NCBI GenBank assembly: GCA_965644315.1
Contig: CBFFRQ010000078.1
Span: 124,001 to 188,000 of the forward strand
Source of the DNA: Caecitellus pseudoparvulus
Taxonomy: Eukaryota > Protista > Bigyra: Bicosoecida
Direction of reading: 5' to 3'
Length of the DNA: 64,000 nucleotides
Under the pieces are notes generated by a model. The model saw only the letters and a program-made list of their open reading frames with translations. It was not told the DNA's origin and did not search any database. Both the position numbers and the translations under genes were made by a program. Positions within the stretch are counted from its first letter, which is position 1, and each line of letters opens with the position of its first letter. Shown piece after piece: positions 54,178 through 64,000 of the stretch.

Positions 54178-56619
54178 ATGGTCAGGTCTCGCAAGAGGAA
54201 GGCTGCGGGGAAGGAGAGCAAGGGCGATAAAGGAGCAGACCATGCAGTTGGCACGGCCTCACCCCCTGCCTTGGAGGTGCAGCCCCTCTTTGGCCCCGAC
54301 TCGGCGACGTGGGCACCCAGCTCAAATACCGCACTGCGCTTGCTGTTGCTGGTGCGCCTGACAGGGGCTATCCTGTCCCCCATCATGGACTGTGACGAGA
54401 CGTTCAACTATTGGGAGCCGCTTCACTTCCTCATGTACGGACGGGGCCTCCAGACGTGGGAGTACGCCCCGCAGTTCGCCTTGCGCTCCTACGGCTACAT
54501 CTGGCCCCACGCGGCGGCAGTGTACACGCTGGGCGGGGCGCTGGGCGTGTCCAAGCCCACCCAGTTCAGCATCCTGCGCACTGTCCTGGCCACCATCACT
54601 GCCTTGTGCGAGGTGTACCTGTACGAAGGCCTGCAGCGTCGTTTCGGGCGGGCGCTGGCTCGCCTGTCACTGCTCTTCACCGTGCTGTCTGTGGGCATGT
54701 GGCACGCTGCTCCCGCCTTCCTGCCCTCCTCCTTCGCCATGCAGGCGACAGCGGTCGCGTACGGCGCCTGGCTGCGTGGCCCTGCGCACTGGCCTCTGGC
54801 TGTCGCCGTCGCGGCAGCCTCCGTCCTCCTGGGGTGGCCGTTTGCGGGCCTGGTGTTCCTGCCCCTGGGCCTGCACGTGCTGGCCATCACGCTGGCTGCC
54901 ATGCTAGGCAAGGTGCGGGTGGGACAGAGCCCTGCTGGCTTGCTGGGTGGTGTGGTGTTGGCGGGGGTGGCGGGCGTGGTCCTGCCTGCTGCGTACTGCA
55001 TTGGGGTGGATGCGGTGCACTATGGCGGAGCACCGCTGCTGGCAGTGTGGAACATCATCAAGTACAACGTCCTGGGCCAAGGCGGCGGCGGGCGGGGCTC
55101 AGAGCTGTACGGCGTGGAACCCGTCTCGTACTACGTCAAGAACCTGCTCTTGAATTGGTCCATCGCGGCTCCCGCCGCTGCCGCCGCCCTGCCCCTCCTC
55201 CTCCTGCTGTGGCTCGTGGGGGCGGCTGCAGGCGCCAGGCAGGGCGGGACACGACCAGGCCAGCGCCTGCTGCCGCCGCCTTCCACCCTCCTGCCCCGTT
55301 GGCTGCGTGGCTCGCCCCAGGCCAGCCACGCGGCAGTGCTGTGGGGGGCGGTGGCGTTGTGGGTGGGTTTCATGGCGTCACGGCCACACAAGGAAGAACG
55401 CTTCCTGTTCCCGGTGTTCGGCCTCATCCCCCCCCTGGCCGCCTTTGCCCTGCTCACAGCCCAGCGACTGGCGGCGGCTGGCACGAGGGGGACGTGTGGC
55501 ACCTGCAGCCTGCTGCCGACAGTTGTGCTTGGAGTGTTTGCACTGCTGGCGCTTGGACGGGCGGCCCTACTGGTGGCTGGATACGGGGGTGCCCTGAACG
55601 CGTGGCACGTCGTGCATCATCTGGCTCTGGGCGGGTGGGGCGAGGGGCGGGCACTGGCTAAGGCAATTGCCGGGCAAGTGCCCATGGTGCCCCTCGCGCT
55701 GGGCGCCATGCTGGCGTGGCGCACGGGCAATGTCAGCACCGCCACAGGGGGCCTGAACGGCAACGCCACCTTCCACGCCGCCAGGACTCTGGGTGGGTGG
55801 GGCGCACCCCCTCGAGGGGCTGCCTGGTGGCTGCCTCCGGCTGCCATGGACCACGCCTTCCACGTGGCAGTGGCGGGGGACCTCGTGCCTGGCGGGGATG
55901 TGGTGGGTCGGTGGGTTGGGGAGGCGGGCCTGCCTGGCCTCCTGCCGCCTGCCCCCGTACAGCCGCCTGCGGAGGGCATGCGGGAAGGGCATGACTGGGA
56001 CACCCTCACGGCACGGGGGCACTCGGCGTATTACGGCGGCCGTGCCTGCCTCGGGAAGGAATGGTACCGCCTGCCCTCCCACCACTTCGCGCCAGGCGTC
56101 ACGGCTCCAGGTCTGTCCGACCTGCCGCCCCGCCACGGCATGCCACCACGAACCCCCGGCGGGCCCCTGCAAATCGCCTTCGTCCAGGGCGGCTTCGGGG
56201 GGCACCTGCCCCAGATGTACCTGCACCCCCTGCGTGGCGGCACCGCGGCGCAGGTGTCTGGGTTCAACGACGAAAACAAGGGGTCACCCTGGGCCTTTGT
56301 GCACCCGGACACGTGCGACGTGGTGGTGGACCTGCACCTGCCAGGCGAAACGCACGAGGGGGAGCCCTGGTTCCAGGATGCCGGGCCCGCCAACCAGCAG
56401 CACGTGGCCAATGAGGAGTGGGTGTCTGTGTGGTCTGGCCGCTTCCTGCTGCCTGACCGGGCGGCGGGCTGGTCCAGGCTGCTGTACATTCCAGGACTGT
56501 CTGAAGCTGCTTGGGAACGAACTGGTGCTGCAGCTTGGTACCGCGTCATGGTACGGCGGGATGTGGCGCAGACGCTGGCGCCCCACGCACTGGAAGGCAA
56601 ACCACCCCCCACTGGCTGA
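54178..56619 (+). CDS. ALG9: Alpha-1,2-mannosyltransferase ALG9 (GT22)
   Basis: IMDCDETFNYWEPLHFL..GLQTWEYAPQFALRSY; AFLPSSFAM; GWPF; NIIKYNV..SELYGVEP..YYVKNLLLN; PHKEERFLFPV; CLGKEWYRLPS; FGGHLP; FNDENK. Confidence 0.95.
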   Translation: MVRSRKRKAAGKESKGDKGADHAVGTASPPALEVQPLFGPDSATWAPSSNTALRLLLLVRLTGAILSPIMDCDETFNYWEPLHFLMYGRGLQTWEYAPQFALRSYGYIWPHAAAVYTLGGALGVSKPTQFSILRTVLATITALCEVYLYEGLQRRFGRALARLSLLFTVLSVGMWHAAPAFLPSSFAMQATAVAYGAWLRGPAHWPLAVAVAAASVLLGWPFAGLVFLPLGLHVLAITLAAMLGKVRVGQSPAGLLGGVVLAGVAGVVLPAAYCIGVDAVHYGGAPLLAVWNIIKYNVLGQGGGGRGSELYGVEPVSYYVKNLLLNWSIAAPAAAAALPLLLLLWLVGAAAGARQGGTRPGQRLLPPPSTLLPRWLRGSPQASHAAVLWGAVALWVGFMASRPHKEERFLFPVFGLIPPLAAFALLTAQRLAAAGTRGTCGTCSLLPTVVLGVFALLALGRAALLVAGYGGALNAWHVVHHLALGGWGEGRALAKAIAGQVPMVPLALGAMLAWRTGNVSTATGGLNGNATFHAARTLGGWGAPPRGAAWWLPPAAMDHAFHVAVAGDLVPGGDVVGRWVGEAGLPGLLPPAPVQPPAEGMREGHDWDTLTARGHSAYYGGRACLGKEWYRLPSHHFAPGVTAPGLSDLPPRHGMPPRTPGGPLQIAFVQGGFGGHLPQMYLHPLRGGTAAQVSGFNDENKGSPWAFVHPDTCDVVVDLHLPGETHEGEPWFQDAGPANQQHVANEEWVSVWSGRFLLPDRAAGWSRLLYIPGLSEAAWERTGAAAWYRVMVRRDVAQTLAPHALEGKPPPTG

Positions 56620-56680
56620 GGCGGCTGGGCGGCTGCGTGGCTGGGCATGCTTCTCCTGGAAGTGACAGTGCACCCCGCTC

Positions 56681-57702
56681 TCAGGCCAGGCTGGGCCTGC
56701 CAAGCACTGTGGCGAGTACGGCTGCCACGGCGCTGACTCCCTGCAGGGCCAGTGCGGGAGTCACCAGCTCCCGCGTGTGTGATGCGTTGGCCCACTCGGA
56801 CCAAGTGGCCGAAGCAATCAACGCAGCAGGGGGGCGCCCTGGCAGTGGCAGGGCCCGTGCCGCTGCTGGCGCAAAGTTGTCCAATGCACAGGCTTCCGAA
56901 GCCACGAGCGCCAACCCTCCAACCAACACACACAATCCTTGCCCCATGCCTGGCCACACGCTGGTGAATAGGCCTGCGTGGGCAAGCCACAACGCCACAC
57001 ACAGCCCGATGGCAGTGCGAAACAGCGCTCCCACGCCCGTGGCCATGCCAGCGAAGGAGAACGTGCTGCCGTACAGCGTGACGTCCACAACGTGCGTGAC
57101 ATCAGAAATAATGCAGCAAGCGAATGCCCACCCTGTGAACAGCACAGGCATGCGCATATTCACGGAGTGTTGCCCTCTCGGCACAGTGGCGAGGGGGATT
57201 GGGCCCCTCGTTGCAACGCACCAATCGCTGCCGCAGTGACTTTGAACGCGCGGGTCCCGCGGAATCCCTTCAGCGCCAGCACTTCGCGACACACCGCAAC
57301 GAGCGATGCACACCGCAGCAGCCCGAGGCAGAGTTGGGCTGCCCCTACAGCCATGGTGCCGCCTTGTGCATGTGCTGCGTGCCACACAAGGAACTGTGCG
57401 GAAGGGGGCAGAATTGATCACCTCGGTATCTCATGGCTCGCCTGCCCTGCCACTCACCGCCAAGATGTCAATGGGCACAACATACAGCAAGGCAGTCTTG
57501 AAAACAGCAGGGGTGGATGGGTTTGCATTCCTGCACATGGTGTGCGTGGGGCAAGGCTCGTGCAGAGGGCAGTTCAAAGGTTTTACGGGACGTGCACTGA
57601 AAGGCGGCGAGCCAGCTGCAGGACGTACAGGAAGCCGGCATTGGCGCAGACCGTCGGCATGATAAGCAGGGAGGAGGATGTGATGAAGTTTATCACCGTC
57701 AT
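56681..57702 (-). CDS. TMEM147: TMEM147 (BOS complex) ER membrane protein, 3 introns
   Basis: In-phase splicing gives MTVINFITSSSLLIMP..AGFL|N..KTALLYVV..LA|FL..FKVTAAAI|GWAFACCIISD..LYGSTFSF. This matches the remembered TMEM147 pattern MTLFHF..P / KIMVAALGWA..IMSR / ARGIEFDW. Confidence 0.7.
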
Positions 57703-58204
57703 GGTGCAAGGGTGCCTGGCGGTGCAGTCGTGGGGGTCTGTGGGCAGCGCAGGCAGCAGCCCACCTGCGGAAATCACTCCAGGTTCTGAGCGCTCAGTTT
57801 GGCGTGCGCCGTGCCCTGGCAGTCAGGAGGGGGGGGCAGGAGCCCACATGAATACACATGGAATAGAGGTGATCCTGCGCATGGACACTTGGAGTGTGGT
57901 TTTTCTCGAGCTGCTCAGAGTGCGCCTTTGCCTTGTGGCAGCGAAGCCCTCCACACACGCACGGCGGTTTGGCCGCACCGCGGCTCGCTGGGAGAGCGCC
58001 ATGCACCTCCCGGACAGCACGCAAATCATCCACCCCCTCCAACGTGCCATGGAACAGACGCCCAGCAGCACCTCCCCTCTGCGGCACCAGGGCAGGGCCG
58101 TGTGACCCCCTCACCTGAAGCGGCGTCGCAGGCCAGGCACCAGTTAGGCACGAGAAGCCCCGGCTGGTTGGCGGGCACAGCAGGCTGTCTGCCGCCCGCC
58201 CAGC

Positions 58205-59632
58205 ATGGCTGAGCTGTACCAGCAGATGGAAAAGGCTGGGGAAGTCTTGGATGACAACGCCGACTCGGAGGACGGCCTTTCCACGTGAGTTGAGCGCCAT
58301 GTGCAGTGCCTCCCAGCGTTGGCGCTGGCATGTCTTCCGCGTCTGCGCCTGGGAGGCTTGCCGGCAGGCAGCTGCCGCGCCAGGAAAAGGTGGCTCCCGC
58401 ATGAGGAGCTGAAGCAACTTGGTGTCCTTGCCAGCAAGGCGCGCGTCCTTGGGGCGTGCCTGGCGGCGCTGGAGCGTGTGCCTGCTTCAGCTTCGATCTG
58501 CACGCCACGCCAACGTACTGGCAGCTTGCTCGGCTGCGGCAGCGACTGTTTTGGGCGCATGGGGCACGTCCAGAGGCGGGGGATGACGCCATCCAGATGT
58601 CCATGCATGTGCTGCCCCTATGCGTGTCGTGTGGCAGCGCTCTGCCGAGGTAGACGGTGTATTTCGACGAGTTGTGTGCTTGGGCAGGGTTTCACGAGCG
58701 TTTCGCGCGTGCACAGAGAGTACACGGAGGAGGAGGACAGCACTTGGATCACATGGTTTTGCAACTTGAAAGGGAACGAGTTCTTTGCGGAAGTGGACGA
58801 GGCCTTCATTCAGGACGACTTCAACTTGGTGGGACTGGCGTCCCAGGTGCCGTACTACGACTACGCTCTGGACACCATCCTGGACATTCAGACCACTGGC
58901 GTGCTGACGGAGGAGCAGCAGCAGATGGTGGACTCTGCCGCGGAGCTGCTGTACGGCCTCATCCACCAGCGCTTCATCATCACCGGCCGGGGTCTGGCCC
59001 GCATGTGTGAGAAGTTCGAAGATGTGGACTTCGGGCGCTGCCACCGCGTGCTGTGCGAGGGGCAGCCCATGGTGCCCATGGGGCAGGCCGACACGCCCCG
59101 CCGCTTCACCGTCAGCGTCTTCTGCCCCCGCTGCAACGACATCTACTTCCCGAAGTCGTCACGCCACAGCTCTGTGGACGGCGCCTTCTTCGGAACAACC
59201 TTCCCCCACCTGTTCTTCCTCACCTTCCCCTCTCTGCGCCCCCCTCCCCCGGAGAGCACCTACACCCCCCGTGTCTTCGGCTTCCGGGTGTACCGGGGCC
59301 AACTGGAGGGCAGCGCAGAAGCAGGGGAGGCTTCCAACACAAAGGACGGCAGGCCCCACAGCCTGGCTGTGCGCCACCTGCCGGCATTTCCTCCAGAGGC
59401 TGACGCCGCCGCTGCCGCCGGAGGTGGGGAGGCGACGCCCCCCTCCGCTGCACAAGTGGCCTGGCAGCAGGGCTACGAAGCAGCCAAGGCGGAGCTGGCG
59501 GCGGCAGGGGGCACCACCCCTGCTGACGCGGCTGCGGGTGGTGGCGGTGGTGTGGGTGTGCTGCCGCCGCCAGCTCACGGCCCGCCCACTGAGACAGTGC
59601 CTGTGAGCCCCCAGGTGCCGGGCATGGAGTAG
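58205..59632 (+). CDS. CSNK2B: Casein kinase II regulatory subunit beta; intron 58285-58716
   Basis: WITWFC..GNEFFAEVDE.FIQDDFNL.GL; AELLYGLIHQRFI; DFGRCHRVLC; FCPRCNDIY; DGAFFGTTFPHLF; YTPRVFGFRV. Confidence 0.96.
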
Positions 59633-59724
59633 GGTGCCTTGGTGTGGAATGCAATCTTTGATCGTGCTGGCGGCAGGGACAGGGCAGGGTGCATTCGCGT
59701 GGTGGGGGGGGGCGTGTCCCCTCT

Positions 59725-61513
59725 CTACGCCTTGACGTTGGCCTTGATCCACTCGGTGGTGAGGGACTTGGGGCGCTCGATGGGGAAGCCCAAGGCGCGG
59801 TCCCAGAACAGCTGGGACAGCACGCCCATGGCCCGGGAGACGCCGAAGAGCACCGTGTAGTAGTTGTGCTCGGTGAGGCCATAGTGCACCAGCAGCACGC
59901 CCGAGTGAGCGTCCACGTTGGGCCAGGGGTTGGCGGTCTTGCCGTGCTCCGTCAGGACGCCCGGCACGACGTCGTACAGGTTGGACACCACCTTGAACAA
60001 CTCGTCCTCAGGCAGGTGCTTGAGGGCGAACTCGCGCTGGCAGGTGTACCGGGGGTCGGTCTTGCGCAGGACAGCGTGGCCGTACCCGGGGATGACCTTG
60101 CCGGAGTTCAGGGTGTCCCAGCAGAACTGCTTCATGTTCTCGTTGTTCACCTCCAGGCCCTTGGCGTCGAAGGAGTCCTTCAACTCCCTGACCCACCCCA
60201 GCACCTCCTGGTTGGCCAGGCCGTGCAGCGGCCCCGCCAAGCCGCACATGCCGGCGGCGAAGGAGAGGTAGGAGTCGGAGAGGGCAGAGCCCACCAGGTG
60301 CGTCGCGTGCGCGGAGACGTTGCCACCCTCGTGGTCGGAGTGGATGGTCAGGTACAGCCGCATGAGCTCGTCGAACTTGGGGTCGGTGAAGCCCAGCATG
60401 CGGGAGAAGTTGGCGGAGTAGTCCAGGGAGGCGTCGTAGTCGGCGATGCTGCCGTCATGGAAGGTGTTGCGGTAGATGAGGGCCGCCACGCGGGGCAGCT
60501 TGGCCACCACGTCCAGCACATCCTCGATGGTGTGCTCCCAGTACGTGCTCTTGTGCGCGCCAGCGGCGTAGGCGGCGGCGAACTTGCTCTCGGTCTGCAT
60601 GCCCAGGACGGCGGCAGACAGCTGGGTCATGGGGTGCATGCTCTTGGGGAAGGCCTTGATCATCTCCTCCACGTGGGCAGGCAGCGCGGCGCGCTTGTGC
60701 AGCTCAGCGGTCAGGGATGCCACGTTCTCAGCAGTGGGAACTTCGCCTGTCAGCAGCAGCCACAGGAGGCCCTCGGGCTGGGGCTCAGCGCCACCTTCGG
60801 CCTTGGGCAGCTTCTCCTGCAGCTCGGGGATGGTGTACCCGCGGAAGCGGATGCCCTGTGCAGCAGACAAGGGCGCAGCGGAACGAAGGCAAGTGCGGAA
60901 ATCCGGCGCGGGTCTGCCGGCACGTGGAGCGCCTGCCGCACCTCCTCAGCGTCCAGCAGGGAGGTTTCCCAGATCATGCACTTGACACCACGGGCTCCGC
61001 CATATGCCTGTGCTCAGGTGGCGCGCACGCGTGCTACGTTGCGGGGCTGTGCGCTGGAGCTTCGCTCGTGATACGCTGCGGCTCTGCAAGGGCAGTGCAC
61101 TTCCTGCGTCAGAAGACGTCAGATGGCACTCCCACCAAGCGCGATGCAGCCCACAGCGGCGTGTGCGAGGGGCACCCATCACACATCGCTGAGGGTTCTG
61201 CCTGTTTGTGCACTCACCTGTCCGACGGTCACCTCACCGAGGGACTTGTCGCCGTACTTGGCCTTGACCTCTTTCACCTCCGCCTGCTTCACAGGCACCA
61301 AGTCTGCCAGGCGGTCCACCAAGGAGGCAGAGGCCGAGAAGGCGCGTGCGGGGGCAGCCTGCGCACCAAGCGAGGGGCTGTGTGGACCGCTCGGAGCAGG
61401 CAGCAGGCGCAGTGTTGCAGGGCGCCTGCTTGGCGTGTCAGCAAGCCAGTGAAATTCCGCCCACGTACCGCTGCGACAGCGCGGGAGGCGCGGGCGAGGG
61501 TGGTGGACAGCAT
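59725..61513 (-). CDS. CS: Mitochondrial citrate synthase, 3 introns
   Basis: Presequence [12 protein letters not shown]; [16 protein letters not shown]|GIRFRG; [12 protein letters not shown]; [14 protein letters not shown]; [16 protein letters not shown]; [11 protein letters not shown]; IERPKS. Confidence 0.97.
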
Positions 61514-61665
61514 GGCGGATGCAGGGGCTCTGAGCTCAACGGCGATACCGGAGGCCACTGGCGTGCTGGGGCGGGCTGTGCAGGGAGTGGTCGTCGAAGT
61601 GTGATGTGGTGCCGGAGCGCCACTGCGCGTCACCTGACTGTGACGTATGCACCGCCTGCATTGCA

Positions 61666-63174
61666 TCACCGCTGAGCCCGGGCCTCGGCGAGGAACTCCG
61701 GGGTGGGCAGGGCCATGTCCCCACCAGCAGTGTCCAGCTTTGCCGCGGCTGCAGCGGCCTTGCCGGGCTCCAGCGCACCCGCCTCCGCAAGCGCACGGGC
61801 GTGGGCGGTCAGCTGTTGCAGCTGGGCATCCGTGTCCACGCCCTTGGCGTCCTCCCACACGGCAGGGTCCAAGTTGTACAGCTCATCGCGCAGCTCGGCG
61901 GCCGCCGCCGTGTCCGACCCCGCCTCGTGCAGCCTGGCCAGCAGGTCCTCCAAGTACACCGCTGCCCGCTCATCTCGAGAGGCCACCCAGGCCAGCACAT
62001 CGCCCCGTGCGCCGGCATCCGCCACACGCGTGTCTGCCAGCTGCTTCACGCCAGCATACACCACTTCCAGGGTGGCCAGGTTCTGGTAGTACTCCTCCTC
62101 GGCGGCATCTGCGTCAGCCTCCTCTGCCAACTTGGCTGCTCGCTGGGCGTCGTCGTCAAACTCGCGCTCCCGGAAGATGCCCTGGTCGTAGCCCACGCTC
62201 TGTGCACGGGTGAGGGTGTAGTACTCCACCATTTCTGGAGCAACTGTGGGGATGGCATCCTCTGGCTTCATGTAGTTCCACTCGCGCCAGTCGGCAAGGT
62301 ACTCCTCATACTCAAGCTCGGCAGTGGACTTGATGCTCTGCTCAAAGTGCCGGGAGGCCACCTGCCCGTACGTCAACGCCTGGGTGCGCAGGAACGCCAT
62401 TTCATCAATGGACAAGTCTCGCAGGTGTGCCGCAGGCGTGCCCGTCCACAGCTGGCCAGGGGGGATGATGGTCCCTTCCGGCACCACAGCGCCGCCGTCC
62501 ACGAAGGCATCCTTCCCCACCTTCACGCCAGGGCCCAGCTTGGCACCCATGCCAATCATAGCTCCATCCTCGATACTGGCTGAGACGATGTGCGCACCGG
62601 GAGCTGCGGCAGCGGGGAGAGGGGACGGGCGCAGTGCAGGCCAGGCGCCAGCGGCATTTCCGCACTGTACCCTGCTCACCGATGACAACATCGTCCCCGA
62701 TGACGGTCATAGGGTGGCCTTTCGCAGCCTCCACGATGGCATTGTCCTGAATGCTCACGTTGCGACCAATCTTCACGCTGTTCTTGTCACCTGCAGACAG
62801 CAGCGAGGCACAGTGCAAGCTTGGTCATGAACTCAATCCCGCACTCCAACTCACCTCGCACGAGGGCCCCGTAGAACACTGCCGACAGCTCTCCAATCGT
62901 CACATCACCGATGACTGAAGCAGACGAAGCCACGAACAGCTGCATGCCGTGCTGCAGCTTGCCGCCCTTCATGGCCACCACGCGAGTGGAGGGCACCACT
63001 GCAGACGGTGGAGGTGGCGGGTGTGGCGCCGGGAAGGCGACTGGGGCTGGCGCAGCTGCACGCACGGCGTTCAACGTAAGCTTCACTGCCCTGGAGTGTC
63101 ACACCCACACTGTCGACCCACTGCCCCACGGCTCGCACCACCGCGCCCATGGCGCGTGTCACCCGCTGTGCCAT
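61666..63174 (-). CDS. Mitochondrial complex I gamma-carbonic-anhydrase-like subunit with a long C-terminal extension, 3 introns
   Basis: MGAVVRAVGQWVDSVG..LQG..AYVE; FVASSASVIGDVTIG..VFYGALVR|GDKNSVKIG..IQDN; IGMGA..GAVVPEGTIIPPGQLWTGTPA..RDL. Confidence 0.88.
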
Positions 63175-63674
63175 GGCTGCACTGAAGCGTCAACTCCGGG
63201 CGCAGTCTGCCTCCGCACAGGAAAACAGGACGAGGCTCAAGATGGCATGAGCTCGCAGAGTCCCACTTGCCGAGTGGCTGCCACGTGCTTTTGAGAGGCT
63301 TGCTGATTTGCCCAAGTGGGTGGAGTGCGCCGTGCAAGCATGTTGTCCCCAGGTCCCGCACTTGTGCGCCTCCTGAGACCAGCTGCAAAACAAGACCTCA
63401 GGCACATAATCCCGTCATCCAAGTCGAAGAGGCTGTCGTGTGGCTTACGGCCACCACATCACAGGCCTGCGCGTGCTGCTGGGCTGCGCCAGTGTCAATT
63501 GCTCGTGCGAGCGCACGGTGCCAGTGTGTGCATGCCCAGCTACTGAACCCGTACGGCCCCCAATAAGACTCTTAAAGCACAGCTTCCAGCCCCTCTCCTT
63601 GCCTGCGTGGCCAGGCGAGCGCTTGCAAGTCTGCCGAGTGTCCTGTGGTTGACTCCCTTCAATTTCCGCTGCTC

Positions 63675-64000
63675 ATGGACAAGTTTCTCGAGCTGACAGA
63701 AGCACAGTTGGATGGCTTGCGGGATGAATTCGACAAAGCTGATGGTCTGTCTGTGGAGGAGTTCGTCAGCGTCATGCTGAAGCTACTCCCGCAGCAAGAT
63801 GGTCAGCAGCGGCTGGAGCTGGTTCATGAACTATCTGACCTCTTCGCACAAGTGGACATCAACGGCGACGGCAGCATGGAGTTTGAAGAGTTCACCCACT
63901 TCTTCATCTCATCAGGTGCGCCCCCCGGCCAGTGCACGCGCTTCCTCCCCTCTCCGCCACCCTGCTGCTACCCTGTGCTTCCCAGGCATGACACGGAATG
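63675..64000 (+). CDS. 3'-partial EF-hand protein; N-terminus resembles the EF-hand/WD40 WDR49/WDR64/EFCAB8 family
   Basis: Absent from the ORF track. ATG 63675: MDKFLELTEAQLDGLRDEF..GLSVEEFVSVM..LSDLFAQVDINGDGSMEFEEFTHF, with a canonical EF loop, then a GTGCGC donor near 63916. Confidence 0.75.
   Translation, partial: MDKFLELTEAQLDGLRDEFDKADGLSVEEFVSVMLKLLPQQDGQQRLELVHELSDLFAQVDINGDGSMEFEEFTHFFISSGAPPGQCTRFLPSPPPCCYPVLPRHDTE

Noticed and set aside
11803-57702. Apparent functional clustering (ER: EMC10, ALG9, TMEM147; cilia: CDK20-like, CFAP69, nicolin-like; mitosis: Spg1, SGT1, dynamitin)
   Set aside because: The genes are interspersed with unrelated ones, and broad categories recur by chance among 30 housekeeping genes.
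59689-61071. Long antisense and alternate-frame ORFs (also 877..2367, 46743..48122, 50757..52307, 56978..58105)
   Set aside because: Shadow ORFs caused by high GC and codon bias opposite or beside well-supported genes; no domain motifs.

Overview
Gene-dense, GC-rich nuclear DNA of a unicellular flagellated eukaryote (probably a heterotrophic stramenopile-like protist; lineage not provable from this window). It uses the standard genetic code and short GT-AG introns, often with a CTCAC/CTGAC branch motif, concentrated in the 5' parts of genes. I find about 30 protein-coding genes, typically separated by 0-500 bp. Most are housekeeping or ciliary: PZP/BRPF-like, syntaxin-6, RUVBL1, LST8, Spg1/Tem1, EMC10, Rae1-like, CDK20/CDKF-like, CFAP69, RPL6, COQ10, nicolin-like, kelch, DIX, SGT1, LSM3, dynamitin, ARPC2, ALG9, TMEM147, CK2-beta, citrate synthase, gamma-CA-like and an EF-hand protein. 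Four things stand out: (1) one polypeptide that appears to encode a whole transmembrane electron wire (2x DOMON + cytochrome b561 + cytochrome b5 + FAD/NAD reductase); (2) a compositionally distinct, intronless tandem pair of 38-aa ankyrin-repeat genes with a constant framework and variable binding-surface positions (natural DARPin-like repertoire); (3) a protist homologue of the RAD51 antagonist RADX; (4) a signal-peptide-bearing protein kinase. No rRNA, tRNA, CRISPR array or transposase was seen. Gene models were spliced by eye and family calls rest on remembered motifs, not database searches.
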